DNA from: Bacteriovoracaceae bacterium
GTDB taxonomy: Bacteria; Bdellovibrionota; Bacteriovoracia; Bacteriovoracales; Bacteriovoracaceae
Direction of reading: 5' to 3'
Assembly: GCA_965217035.1 (NCBI GenBank)
Contig: OZ244226.1
Coordinates: 310,001 to 374,000, forward strand
Length of the DNA stretch: 64,000 nucleotides
The notes under the pieces were generated by a model, which was not told the DNA's origin, ran no database searches, and saw only the letters and a list, made by a program, of their open reading frames with translations. The first letter of the stretch is position 1. Every line of letters starts with the position of its first letter. Shown here one piece after another: positions 47,994 through 57,576 of this stretch. Both the position numbers and the translations under genes were made by a program.

Positions 47994-49219
47994 ACCGAAA
48001 CCTCTTGTCTCTGTGCTTCTTCTAATTCAAATAATGATTTCAAATCATAGAGGGTCCCATTAAGGGATAGCTTTTCCTTCATTCCCTTAATCCCTATCTC
48101 TCTATATTCATTATGCCCAACAGCGATAATAATTGCAGAACAATCTTTTATTTCTTTGAGATTAGTAAACTGAAAACCATCTAGCTCAGTGTAATAAGGA
48201 TCATGAACGAGTGGTTCAACTCCCGCTTCTCTCAGGCTAGAGATAATATCAAAAACTTTTGAGTTTCTAAGGTCCGGACAATTTTCTTTAAAAGTAAGAC
48301 CGAGGACAGCAACTTTCCCATCACCATTTTTCTTTAGGACTTCCTCTGCAACAAATTTAGGAATTTGATCATTTGTTTTTCGACCGGATAAAATAATATG
48401 TGGCCTATAACCAACTTCAACGGCCTTATGAGCAAGATAATAAGGATCAACTCCTATACAATGCCCTCCAACTAGCCCAGGGCGGAAGGGAAGAAAGTTC
48501 CATTTCGTTCCAGCTGCTTCTAGAACTTCTTGAGTATCAATATTCATTTTATTAAAAATCATTGAAAGTTCATTCATAAAAGCAATGTTAATATCTCTTT
48601 GAGCATTCTCAATAACTTTCGCAGCTTCTGCAGCCTTTATCGAACTGACTCGGTGAGTTCCAGCTGTAATAATTTTAGAATAAACTCCATCGACCTTTTC
48701 AAGGGTATCAGAATCCGTACCAGAGACAACTTTCACAATCTTATCGATCGTATGGCTTTTATCTCCTGGATTCACTCGTTCCGGACTGTATCCACAAGTA
48801 AAATCTATTCCATACTCAAGACCACTTCCACTTTCTAAAAGTGGAACGCAGAATTCTTCAGTACAACCAGGAAAAACGGTTGATTCATAAACGACAATAT
48901 CCCCAGTTTTGAGAATCGTGGCTAATTCCTTAGAAGCACTTTCAATAGGTCGCAGGTCAGGTTCCTTGTTTTCATCAACAGGAGTAGGAACAGTAACAAT
49001 CAGGAAATTGCAATTTTTAATTCCTTCTATCGAACTAACAAAATCCATAGAAGTTGTTTTTAAAACTTCATTAGATACTTCAAGAGTTTTATCATGACCA
49101 GATCTGAGTTCTTCAATTCGCTCATTACTTCTGTCATAGCCTATAACTTCAAAATGTTCAGCTAACAGTGTGGCCAATGGAAGCCCCACATAACCTAAAC
49201 CGATGACACCAATCTTCAT
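47981..49219 (-). CDS. UDP-HexNAc 6-dehydrogenase (WbpO/TviB-like)
   Basis: GLGYVGLP, ESTVFPG, SPERVNPG, KVIENAQRD, PGLVGGHCIGVDP, FKENCPDLRNS. Confidence 0.93.
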   Translation of the reverse strand: MKIGVIGLGYVGLPLATLLAEHFEVIGYDRSNERIEELRSGHDKTLEVSNEVLKTTSMDFVSSIEGIKNCNFLIVTVPTPVDENKEPDLRPIESASKELATILKTGDIVVYESTVFPGCTEEFCVPLLESGSGLEYGIDFTCGYSPERVNPGDKSHTIDKIVKVVSGTDSDTLEKVDGVYSKIITAGTHRVSSIKAAEAAKVIENAQRDINIAFMNELSMIFNKMNIDTQEVLEAAGTKWNFLPFRPGLVGGHCIGVDPYYLAHKAVEVGYRPHIILSGRKTNDQIPKFVAEEVLKKNGDGKVAVLGLTFKENCPDLRNSKVFDIISSLREAGVEPLVHDPYYTELDGFQFTNLKEIKDCSAIIIAVGHNEYREIGIKGMKEKLSLNGTLYDLKSLFELEEAQRQEVSVWRL

Positions 49220-51546
49220 TAAGCGGCCTTTGCTCCTTTTGATTTCACTTCATCGATAATCTCTTTTAAAGTTAGCACAACTTGCTTCACATCGTCCTCA
49301 TTCATTTCATAATTAAATGGGAGTGCTAAAGTTTTATTATGGATTTGAGAAGTTATCGGTAAATGATCCTCTCCTCTCGTTTCATAATTATTGAGATAAG
49401 GTTGTTCATGGACTGAAGAAAAATAAGCTCTTGCCGGAATTCCTCTTTCAATTAATTTATCGATAATATCTGAACGATCGGCATCTATCTGAAGTTCAAT
49501 CACATAAACAAACCAACTCATATGACAATTTGGCTGGATTGTTTGGACTTTCACTTCAGAGAAATTTTCTAAATGCTTATTATAGAGTTTTGCGATATCA
49601 GATCGATCTTTCATAATTCTATCAAGTTTTCTAAACTGAGTGACTCCAAGAGCTGCACTCATTTCATCCATCCTATAATTATAACCAAGATATTTGTGAC
49701 TCAACCAAGCTCCCATACTTTCGCGACCTTGATTACAAAGAGCTGCACATTTTTTGTAGAACTCTTCATTCTGAGTAACAAGCATCCCACCTTCACCTGT
49801 CGTAATTTGTTTATTTGGGTAGAAAGCAAAGACAGAAATATCCGCACAAGATCCTATCTTCTTTCCATCAACTTCTGATCCTAAGGCTTCACAACAATCA
49901 TCAATCGTATAAAGATTATGTTTTTTAGCGAAGGCATTGATTTCAGTCCAAGGAGCTGGATGACCAAAGACATCGACAGCAATTAAAGCTTTTGTCTTAT
50001 TAGACAACTTCTTCTCTGCATCTTTTACACAGAACGAATATGTTTCAGGTTCGACATCAACAAAAACAGGAATAGCACCAACATAAAGAATTACATTTAC
50101 TGATGAAATAAAAGTATAGGATGGAACGAGAACTTCATCTCCCTTACCAATTCCCATTGCAAGTAAAGCTAAATGTAAACCTGTCGTTCCAGAACTTACG
50201 GCTAATGCATGGGAAATATCAAGATAATCTTTAAAGCATTGCTCGAACTCTTTTTGCTTTGGCCCTAGAGAGAGATGTTTTGACTTTAAAACTTCCACCA
50301 CCGCATCGATGTCATCTTGCTCAATCATTGGTCTTGCCATGTGAATTTTATGATTCATTCCTGACTCCTGTTCCTGCATTCTTCTTGCAGGGTTTCCTAT
50401 ATAATTAAAATAAGGCAAAAGATCTTTCGTTACGACAGCTCCACTTCCTACCTGGACATTCTGACCAATTGATCGATTTAACATTACTGTTGCATTAAGC
50501 CCAATCAAACTTCCTTGATCAATTGTAACTGTACCTCCCAAGGTAGCCCCTGGAGCGATATGAGTGAAAGATGCGATATGACAATCATGTTCTACAGTTG
50601 AATTAGTGTTAATGATAGCATGATCTCCAATAATACTATCTGGACCAATATGCGCTCCTGCCATGACAACTGTTCCATATCCCAGAGAAACACCTTCATG
50701 AATAATTGCACTTTGGTGAATAAAAGTTTTGTACTTTAGTCTATGCCCAAAAGCTATTTTATTTCTAACAAGGTTATTCCCAATTCCAATAATATAAAAG
50801 TTCTGATAATCAATTTCAGGAAGATCGTTTTTGATAGAGCCGATAACAGGGACTCCATCAATAAGCTCTCCTTCAGCTTTTCCGTCATCATAATACCCTG
50901 AAACTTTAAACCCCATTGATTCAATACAGCTTCTCACAACTTTACTATGTCCACCAGCACCAATCAGATAAATAGGAGTATCAAAACGCTTCATAGAAAG
51001 ATTATCAGAACTATCAATATCACTTCTCTTAATCACTTTAAGAAATGTTTGAACCAAAATATTTAAATCCATAAAAAGATTATGTTTTTCAACATACTCG
51101 AGATCATATTCGAACTTCTTTTCCCAAGAAATTCTATTCCTTCCTGAAACTTGAGCTAAACCGGTAATCCCAGGTCTGACCTCATGACGACGAAATTGTT
51201 CTTTAGAATAATAAGGTTTGTACTCTATTAATAATGGCCTTGGTCCAACTAAGCTCATCTCACCAATAATGACATTCCATAACTCTGGCAACTCATCAAG
51301 ACTCGTTGATCTTAGGACTTTTCCCCACCACTTAATTCTTTCAGTTTCAGGAAGTGACTCATCCATTAACATTGTTCTGAACTTTATGAGATTAAAAACT
51401 CTCCCTTTAAAACCAATTCTCGGCTGGATATAAAAAGCAGGTCCTTTATCTATTAACTTAATGAAACACCAGGTTAATGCCATTAGAGGAAGGGCCAATA
51501 AAAAGATGACACTAGAAAGAATGAGATCAAATGGCCTTTTTGTCAT
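49219..51546 (-). CDS. Trifunctional PglC phosphoglycosyl transferase + PglD acetyltransferase + DegT/PglE aminotransferase
   Basis: KRPFD…KFRTM…SLDELPEL…MSLVGPRP…RPGITG; GAGGH + hexapeptide repeats with EHD…GNPAR; SSGTTGLH…DDCCEA…FYPNKQITTGEGG…GYNYRMDE in one frame. Confidence 0.92.
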   Translation of the reverse strand: MTKRPFDLILSSVIFLLALPLMALTWCFIKLIDKGPAFYIQPRIGFKGRVFNLIKFRTMLMDESLPETERIKWWGKVLRSTSLDELPELWNVIIGEMSLVGPRPLLIEYKPYYSKEQFRRHEVRPGITGLAQVSGRNRISWEKKFEYDLEYVEKHNLFMDLNILVQTFLKVIKRSDIDSSDNLSMKRFDTPIYLIGAGGHSKVVRSCIESMGFKVSGYYDDGKAEGELIDGVPVIGSIKNDLPEIDYQNFYIIGIGNNLVRNKIAFGHRLKYKTFIHQSAIIHEGVSLGYGTVVMAGAHIGPDSIIGDHAIINTNSTVEHDCHIASFTHIAPGATLGGTVTIDQGSLIGLNATVMLNRSIGQNVQVGSGAVVTKDLLPYFNYIGNPARRMQEQESGMNHKIHMARPMIEQDDIDAVVEVLKSKHLSLGPKQKEFEQCFKDYLDISHALAVSSGTTGLHLALLAMGIGKGDEVLVPSYTFISSVNVILYVGAIPVFVDVEPETYSFCVKDAEKKLSNKTKALIAVDVFGHPAPWTEINAFAKKHNLYTIDDCCEALGSEVDGKKIGSCADISVFAFYPNKQITTGEGGMLVTQNEEFYKKCAALCNQGRESMGAWLSHKYLGYNYRMDEMSAALGVTQFRKLDRIMKDRSDIAKLYNKHLENFSEVKVQTIQPNCHMSWFVYVIELQIDADRSDIIDKLIERGIPARAYFSSVHEQPYLNNYETRGEDHLPITSQIHNKTLALPFNYEMNEDDVKQVVLTLKEIIDEVKSKGAKAA

Positions 51547-53371
51547 TTGCTTCTTCCTCGTCTAAAACCTCTTTTCCATCCTTCTCTACGATATTCCAGA
51601 GAAGTGCTATTGCTTGCTTATCTCTAATAAAAGCGAGATCAAGAAGACGACGAACGCTAAAAGAGATATCCGTGACTCGATCTTTAAAATTATCTTGACG
51701 ACTTTCAGGGAGAACAACAATATCTTCATGAGAAGTATCGATCTCATCTCCTCTCAAATAAAGATCTTCTACAAGTTTCTCTCCAGGTTTTGCCCCGGTA
51801 AAAATAATCGGAATTTCTTGTTCCGTTTTCCCTCTTAAAAGAAGAAGTTTTCTTGCTATATCAACAATTGCAATTGGTTTTCCCATTTTAAGAACACAAA
51901 TATCACCTGTATCAGCAATCATACTTGCTTTGAGTACGAGCGAAACAGCTTCTGGAATAAGCATAAAATAGCGTTTCATTCTTTCATCTGTAATAGTAAG
52001 GCTTTGATTATTGGCAATCTTCTCTTCAAGAATCGGAATAAGACTCCCACTACTTCCTAAAACATTTCCAAATCGAACTGAACAATAAAGATGATCTGTA
52101 AACTTTCCATAGGAAGAAACAAGAAGTTCGCAAATTCTCTTCGTCGCACCCATTACACTGGTAGGAGCAACGGCCTTATCAGTAGAAATTAAAACGAATT
52201 TTTCAATATCATTTCTCGCAGAAGATTTTAAAAGATTAAAAGTTCCACGGACATTATTAACAATTCCGTTAAATGGATTTTGCTCCAAAAGATGGACATG
52301 TTTATAAGCTGCAGCATGATAAACAAAATCAGGCTGAATTTCATCGAATATTCTTTCAACCTCATTTTCATTGGTTATATCCATAAGTAGTGGAGTCACT
52401 CGAGAGAACTGATAAGGGAACTCCTCTTTAATTTCTCCCATAACCTTAAAGAGATTGTATTCACTATTTTCGATGAGATAAACTTTATGAGCATGATTCT
52501 TTGTGACTTGCTTTGCAATTTCACTTCCAATAGAACCACCTGCCCCAGTCACAACGACAACTTTATCAGAAACCTCCATTTGAAAATCTCTTAAATCAAC
52601 ATCAGTTCTACTTCTATCCAACAAGTCTTCAAGATTTAAGTCTCGAACAACGCTTCCAATTCCTGAACGGTCATCTGGCAGGATATTTTCTTCCATCCGA
52701 GTGACCTTAACACCTAGTTTATAACTCTCCTGAAGTATGAATTTCAGTTTCTCAACATTGATATGATAATTCGAAACAATAATGTCTGTAATTTTATGTT
52801 CCTTAACAATAGTTTCTATTTCTTCAGGAACCCCTAGAACCATTTTGTGGTGGATCATTTTTCCTTTATTATGATGATTATCATCAATATAACCCACTAT
52901 ATTGTACTTTTTGAAAGGACCTTTTAAAACAAAATCCATTAAACTCAGCGCTTCTTGTCCACTTCCATAACAAAGAATATTTCTTCCAACATCGTTTTCC
53001 TTTCTATGTTGATAAATTTTAAAATAAGTCCAACGCCATAAAAATCTTGCAAATAATAATGAAGTGTGTGCAATGATATAAGAACTTAGTAAGAACTTAA
53101 ATCCCATAACGTCAGACTTAAGTAGATAATTATAAGCAAGCCCTCCAGCGAAGGAGAGAGCAAAACTTCCAGCAATATCTTCAAGGTCTGAAAATGAAAA
53201 GTATTGCCACGGAGTTTTATAGATCCCCGCAACGATATTAGATCCAATTAAAGTAAGTGAAAATAACCCAATATGAACGAGACTTAGATCATGTCTTAAA
53301 AGAGTCGCCCAAACTCCAAATGTTAGAGCAACATCAATATAGAAGAATTTATTTCTTTTGAATTCAAACAT
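51527..53371 (-). CDS. Membrane-anchored UDP-GlcNAc 4,6-dehydratase (PglF/CapD/WbpM-like)
   Basis: N-terminal TMs; TGAGGSIGSE, HAAAYKHV, ISTDKAV.P..VMGATK, VRFGNVLGSSGS, GEKL.E. Confidence 0.95.
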   Translation of the reverse strand: MFEFKRNKFFYIDVALTFGVWATLLRHDLSLVHIGLFSLTLIGSNIVAGIYKTPWQYFSFSDLEDIAGSFALSFAGGLAYNYLLKSDVMGFKFLLSSYIIAHTSLLFARFLWRWTYFKIYQHRKENDVGRNILCYGSGQEALSLMDFVLKGPFKKYNIVGYIDDNHHNKGKMIHHKMVLGVPEEIETIVKEHKITDIIVSNYHINVEKLKFILQESYKLGVKVTRMEENILPDDRSGIGSVVRDLNLEDLLDRSRTDVDLRDFQMEVSDKVVVVTGAGGSIGSEIAKQVTKNHAHKVYLIENSEYNLFKVMGEIKEEFPYQFSRVTPLLMDITNENEVERIFDEIQPDFVYHAAAYKHVHLLEQNPFNGIVNNVRGTFNLLKSSARNDIEKFVLISTDKAVAPTSVMGATKRICELLVSSYGKFTDHLYCSVRFGNVLGSSGSLIPILEEKIANNQSLTITDERMKRYFMLIPEAVSLVLKASMIADTGDICVLKMGKPIAIVDIARKLLLLRGKTEQEIPIIFTGAKPGEKLVEDLYLRGDEIDTSHEDIVVLPESRQDNFKDRVTDISFSVRRLLDLAFIRDKQAIALLWNIVEKDGKEVLDEEEANDKKAI

Positions 53372-53400
53372 TAAGCTTCATCCCACACACTTCATTACAC

Positions 53401-53428
53401 TTATCGGCGATTATTAAGATTATGTTAG
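53401..53428 (-). promoter_or_regulatory. Sigma28-like promoter of the leftward glycan operon
   Basis: CTAA-16-GCCGATAA (perfect -10), ~30 nt upstream of ATG 53371. Confidence 0.65.
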
Positions 53429-53505
53429 GAAAAGATTGAGTGGTCTGTTATTTCTTTGTGTCGTTTGCTTCTCAGGATCTAGAGAATTGTTTAATCTATA
53501 TTTAT

Positions 53506-54711
53506 ATGCAAAAGAAAATCCCCACCGAGTTGGGGACTAACATACTCGGGTATTTTTCATTTCTTTTCTTTCCATGGCTTCTGACTATTCTTGTCGGTAA
53601 GATGTATGGAGCTGAGCTTTTGGGAGAGGTTTCGTTAGCTATTTCTATTGTGACTCCTGTTTTTGTTTTTTTCTCACTTCAACTAAGAAATCGTATTGCC
53701 AGCGATATTAATTTAAGGCCTGATAAATCATCATTTCTTTCTTGGAGAATAGTCACTTCCCTCTCTGCAATTATTCCTATTTTTGTTCTAGGAATTACTT
53801 TCTTTGGAAATGAAATTTCACTTGTAATGCTTTTGATTATTACTAGCTGGCGTTTAGTCGAGAACCTCGCTGATATGGTGTATGGATTTCTCCAACGTGG
53901 TAATCATCTTGGCTATATAGGAACATCTCAAATTTTTAAGTATGTCCCTGCATGTCTAATACTTCTTGGCCTTAGTTTATATGGCCTAAAACTTGAAACA
54001 ACTCTCAGTATTTCGATTATCCCTCTTCTCTTTATTTTCATTATTTTTGATCTTAGAAACTTTAACTCGCTTCAAGCTCCAGAAGAAAATATTACTCCAA
54101 CAAAAGAATACTTCCTTTCCAGTCTCCCTTTAGGTCTATCAGCTTCTGTCTCTGCTCTTGTTATCAATATTCCTCGTTATTTTCTAGGCTCTCAATATGG
54201 AAAAGTTGAAGTCGGTCACTTTACAGCAAGCTTTGTTATCTATTCTCTAGTCCTTATGGGAATCAACTTTTTACTTCAACTCTATCTTGGAAAACTAAAA
54301 GAACGGTATGAAAAAGAACCAGCAAGTTTTCCAAAATTCTCATTCCAAGTCATTCTTAGCTGTCTGCTCATAAGTACTTTCTTTTATCTTCTTATGAAAT
54401 ATTTCTCAGGAGATATCCTCAGGATTATTTATGGAGAGATCTTTGAGGACTATCAAGGTTTTCTAAAGGCCTTCAGCTACCTTGCTTTTATTAGTTATCC
54501 GCTCACAGGAATTAGTTATCTATTACTGGCCAAGCAAAACATCAAAGTCCAGCTTCCTGCGAGTATTATTTCTTTAATCGGAACATTATTAGGTCTCTAT
54601 CTGTTTAGATTTTTTAATGAGTATTCTGTTTTTTGGGCCTTAGGTCTTGGACAACTTTTACAATTGAGCATCTATTGCTGGGACCTTAAGGAGAAGAATG
54701 GAGACAATTAA
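53506..54711 (+). CDS. wzx: Wzx-type oligosaccharide flippase
   Basis: About 12 TM; 'GKMYGAELLGEV', 'PRYFLGSQYGKVEVGHF'; locus context; ATG 53506. Confidence 0.8.
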   Translation: MQKKIPTELGTNILGYFSFLFFPWLLTILVGKMYGAELLGEVSLAISIVTPVFVFFSLQLRNRIASDINLRPDKSSFLSWRIVTSLSAIIPIFVLGITFFGNEISLVMLLIITSWRLVENLADMVYGFLQRGNHLGYIGTSQIFKYVPACLILLGLSLYGLKLETTLSISIIPLLFIFIIFDLRNFNSLQAPEENITPTKEYFLSSLPLGLSASVSALVINIPRYFLGSQYGKVEVGHFTASFVIYSLVLMGINFLLQLYLGKLKERYEKEPASFPKFSFQVILSCLLISTFFYLLMKYFSGDILRIIYGEIFEDYQGFLKAFSYLAFISYPLTGISYLLLAKQNIKVQLPASIISLIGTLLGLYLFRFFNEYSVFWALGLGQLLQLSIYCWDLKEKNGDN

Positions 54712-55903
54712 TCTCTACCTCACACTCTCCATCGTTGTTCTTTCTGTGAAGTTATTGCTCACCTTTAAAGATCCATGGAATATTGTTCTTCTCTTTTACT
54801 TCTTTTTTTCGCTTGGAACTGTACTGAATTTCACATTGGGTAATCCTATTTACTTTGGAATTGTTCCTGCCTATATTCCCAAAGCAACTCAGATCTTTTT
54901 CTTAGCGATTTTGATCTCTTCGATAACCGCTTTTATTTTTCGAAATAAAAGCTTTCTTGAGAAAAAGGGGAACTATCAGCTCGAGTCCCTCATAACTCTT
55001 AATCCTATACTCATTGCACTGATTATTTATGCTATTTTACAGATTACTCGACTTTGGATTTATGGTGATCTCTCCAAGGTGCAAAAAATTGCTGTCTTAA
55101 ATCCAAGTTTTCATTACCCTTATCTCTTGTTACAAACCTTTGCCCTCGCGTTTTTTTTAATCATTAAAAGAAATTCTTTTACATTCACACTTTTTCTGGC
55201 AAATACGGGATTCTATTTTGCTTATTGTCTCATGACTGGAGAGAGAGATTTTGTTTTTCCAATTTGTAGTATCGTCATTCATCTCCTTGCAATAAGAAAA
55301 CAAAGACTAAAAAATCTTGTTGCTTATTCTTTAGGTCTCTTTTTGATGATTTTTAGTGCCGTTGCTATTTTCTTTTTAAGAGATCCCACTCAACAATCGG
55401 AATCAATTATCTCTGCTCTTTTTAATCAGGGCTCAATACTCTTTATTAATACAAATATCTTAAAATTTCTTGATACTTCTATTGAGTTTTTTAATGGGCA
55501 TACTTATTTTAATAGTATTGTGAACCTCGTTCCTAGCTTTATCCATAAAACAGACTTTAATACAGTAAACTGGTTTAAAGATATGTATGCTGCGAAAAGC
55601 ACTTCAGGATATGGATTTGCTCTCGATGCCGAAGGCTATCTCAACTTTGGGATGACAGGAGTTGGGTTAACCTTTTTTATTATTACTTTTGTTCATCGAC
55701 TTATTTATAATAATATCGATAAACAACCACTTTTTCTTTATTATAGTACCTTTTATCTAAGTTTCATCATGTATGCTCTGAGAAACGACAGCCTTGCTTT
55801 CTTCAAAGGAAATCTTTATGCGATACTCTTTTTCTTCTTTGTTATTTTCTCATCAAGAATGCTCATAAGTCTTGCCGATAAAACCAAAGAGGTTACTTCA
55901 TGA
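54698..55903 (+). CDS. wzy: Wzy-type polysaccharide polymerase
   Basis: About 10 TM, 'TGER', periplasmic loop ending GFALDAEGYLNFGMTGV; lies between wzx and a GT gene. Confidence 0.75.
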   Translation: METINLYLTLSIVVLSVKLLLTFKDPWNIVLLFYFFFSLGTVLNFTLGNPIYFGIVPAYIPKATQIFFLAILISSITAFIFRNKSFLEKKGNYQLESLITLNPILIALIIYAILQITRLWIYGDLSKVQKIAVLNPSFHYPYLLLQTFALAFFLIIKRNSFTFTLFLANTGFYFAYCLMTGERDFVFPICSIVIHLLAIRKQRLKNLVAYSLGLFLMIFSAVAIFFLRDPTQQSESIISALFNQGSILFINTNILKFLDTSIEFFNGHTYFNSIVNLVPSFIHKTDFNTVNWFKDMYAAKSTSGYGFALDAEGYLNFGMTGVGLTFFIITFVHRLIYNNIDKQPLFLYYSTFYLSFIMYALRNDSLAFFKGNLYAILFFFFVIFSSRMLISLADKTKEVTS

Positions 55904-57033
55904 GGATCATCCAACTTGTCAAAACATCTCAAGGAGCGCAATGGGCACTTGAACAAGTAAAGTACTTGGTTCAACAAGGAGTTGAGGTACATGTCTTTTT
56001 ACCAGACCTTGATGGCTACTTCGGAGATCAATGGAAAGAATCTGGTGCTCAGATCCATCAAATTGATACAAATCTTCCGGTCTTAAATCCTTTAAAACTA
56101 AAATCTCGAATAGATCTCTTGAAAGCCCAGGTTGAAAAGATTAATCCTGATATAATTCATAGTCATTTTTTTAGTTCGACCATCCTTATGAGAATTGCTC
56201 TCAGAAAGACTTCTTTTAAAAGAGTTTTTCAAGTTCCTGGCCCTCTCCATATGGAAAATAGTTTTTTCAAATGGTTAGAACTTTTTTTTGCTAACTCGAA
56301 AGATTCATGGATCGCCTCCAGTAAATATATAAAATCTCTCTATATTCAATCTGGAATTAATCCTGAAAGAATTTCTTTGAGTTATTATGGAAGCCGTTAT
56401 GATAAGTTCGTTCCTTTAAAAGATGATACTCTCAAAAAAAAGTTTAGAATCCCTGAAAAGTCTATTGTTGTCGGCAATCTCAATTATATGTATCCTCCAA
56501 AATGGTATCTTGGACAGTCTGTAGGAGTTAAAAGACATGAGGTCCTAATTGAAGCAATTAATATTGCTTCAAAAAAAGATTCTCGAATTAAGGGCATGAT
56601 TATTGGAGGTCAATGGGGAGAAGGGAAAAACTATGAAGAGAAGTTAAAATTACTCGCTGGTGAAAATATCTACTTTACTGGTAAAATCCCTCCTGGAGAA
56701 TCTCATAAATATTTGGCCAACCTAGACCTTGTTGTTCATATCCCACTTTCAGAAAATTGTGGTGGAATTGTTGAACCGATGCACATGGAGATACCGATTC
56801 TTGCTGGTAATGTGGGTGGTCTTCCTGAACTTGTACAAAATGGTAAAAGTGGGAAAATTGCAAAATCTTTTACTGCAGAAGCCATTTCGAGAGACATTAT
56901 AGAAATGGTTCAAAACTATAATATCTATCAAGCGTACGCTAAAGAAAGTCGTCCTAAAATACAAGAAATGTTTGACTCAAAAAAGACGTCAGAGAATATC
57001 TTGAAAATTTACAAAGATCTTAATCGTCTTTAA
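55900..57033 (+). CDS. Glycosyltransferase family 4
   Basis: PDIIHSH, KRHEVLIEA, ENCGGIVE, GNVGGLPE. Confidence 0.88.
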   Translation: MRIIQLVKTSQGAQWALEQVKYLVQQGVEVHVFLPDLDGYFGDQWKESGAQIHQIDTNLPVLNPLKLKSRIDLLKAQVEKINPDIIHSHFFSSTILMRIALRKTSFKRVFQVPGPLHMENSFFKWLELFFANSKDSWIASSKYIKSLYIQSGINPERISLSYYGSRYDKFVPLKDDTLKKKFRIPEKSIVVGNLNYMYPPKWYLGQSVGVKRHEVLIEAINIASKKDSRIKGMIIGGQWGEGKNYEEKLKLLAGENIYFTGKIPPGESHKYLANLDLVVHIPLSENCGGIVEPMHMEIPILAGNVGGLPELVQNGKSGKIAKSFTAEAISRDIIEMVQNYNIYQAYAKESRPKIQEMFDSKKTSENILKIYKDLNRL

Positions 57034-57535
57034 CTTGTTGATAGATCAATGCAGTTGAAATTAAAGTTGCTGCAACAGATAGCAAGCTTGTGTACCAAGT
57101 CCGGTTTTCATAAAAATGATCTTTCTTTACTTGAACGACATCACCAGGTTGAAGCTCAAATTGTAAGGCTTGATTATTTCCACCTGTTAAATCAAACTCG
57201 AAATTTTTCCACTGACCTTTATTATTTCTAGAAACAATAACCTCATCGAGATCTGCACTACCAGTTGTTCCTCCAGCAAGAGAGAGGCCTTTTATCAAAT
57301 TTGTTTTTTGAGGAATATAATGAAGTCCCGAATTTTTCACTTCTCCCCAAATATTTGTAGGAATTAGAGCAGTACTTTTTGCTCCGCTAGAATAAAAAAC
57401 GGAGCCGCCCTTTTTCATAATATCTTTGACTTCAGTAGGAAGTACTAATTCTTTAACTCTTAGGTTTTGAGCACTTATTGAAAATGAACTTCCAAGTAAT
57501 GAGAGAATAATCAATCGAGATAATAATGATTTCAT
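57020..57535 (-). CDS. Short SLBB-domain polysaccharide export (Wza/OPX-like) protein
   Basis: Signal peptide; IWGEVKNSGLHYIP…LSLAGG…LQPGDVVQV; C-terminal hydrophobic helix. Confidence 0.75.
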   Translation of the reverse strand: MKSLLSRLIILSLLGSSFSISAQNLRVKELVLPTEVKDIMKKGGSVFYSSGAKSTALIPTNIWGEVKNSGLHYIPQKTNLIKGLSLAGGTTGSADLDEVIVSRNNKGQWKNFEFDLTGGNNQALQFELQPGDVVQVKKDHFYENRTWYTSLLSVAATLISTALIYQQVKDD

Positions 57536-57576
57536 ATCATTATTATAACAATTCTCAATTTAGTCTCAATTCAGTG

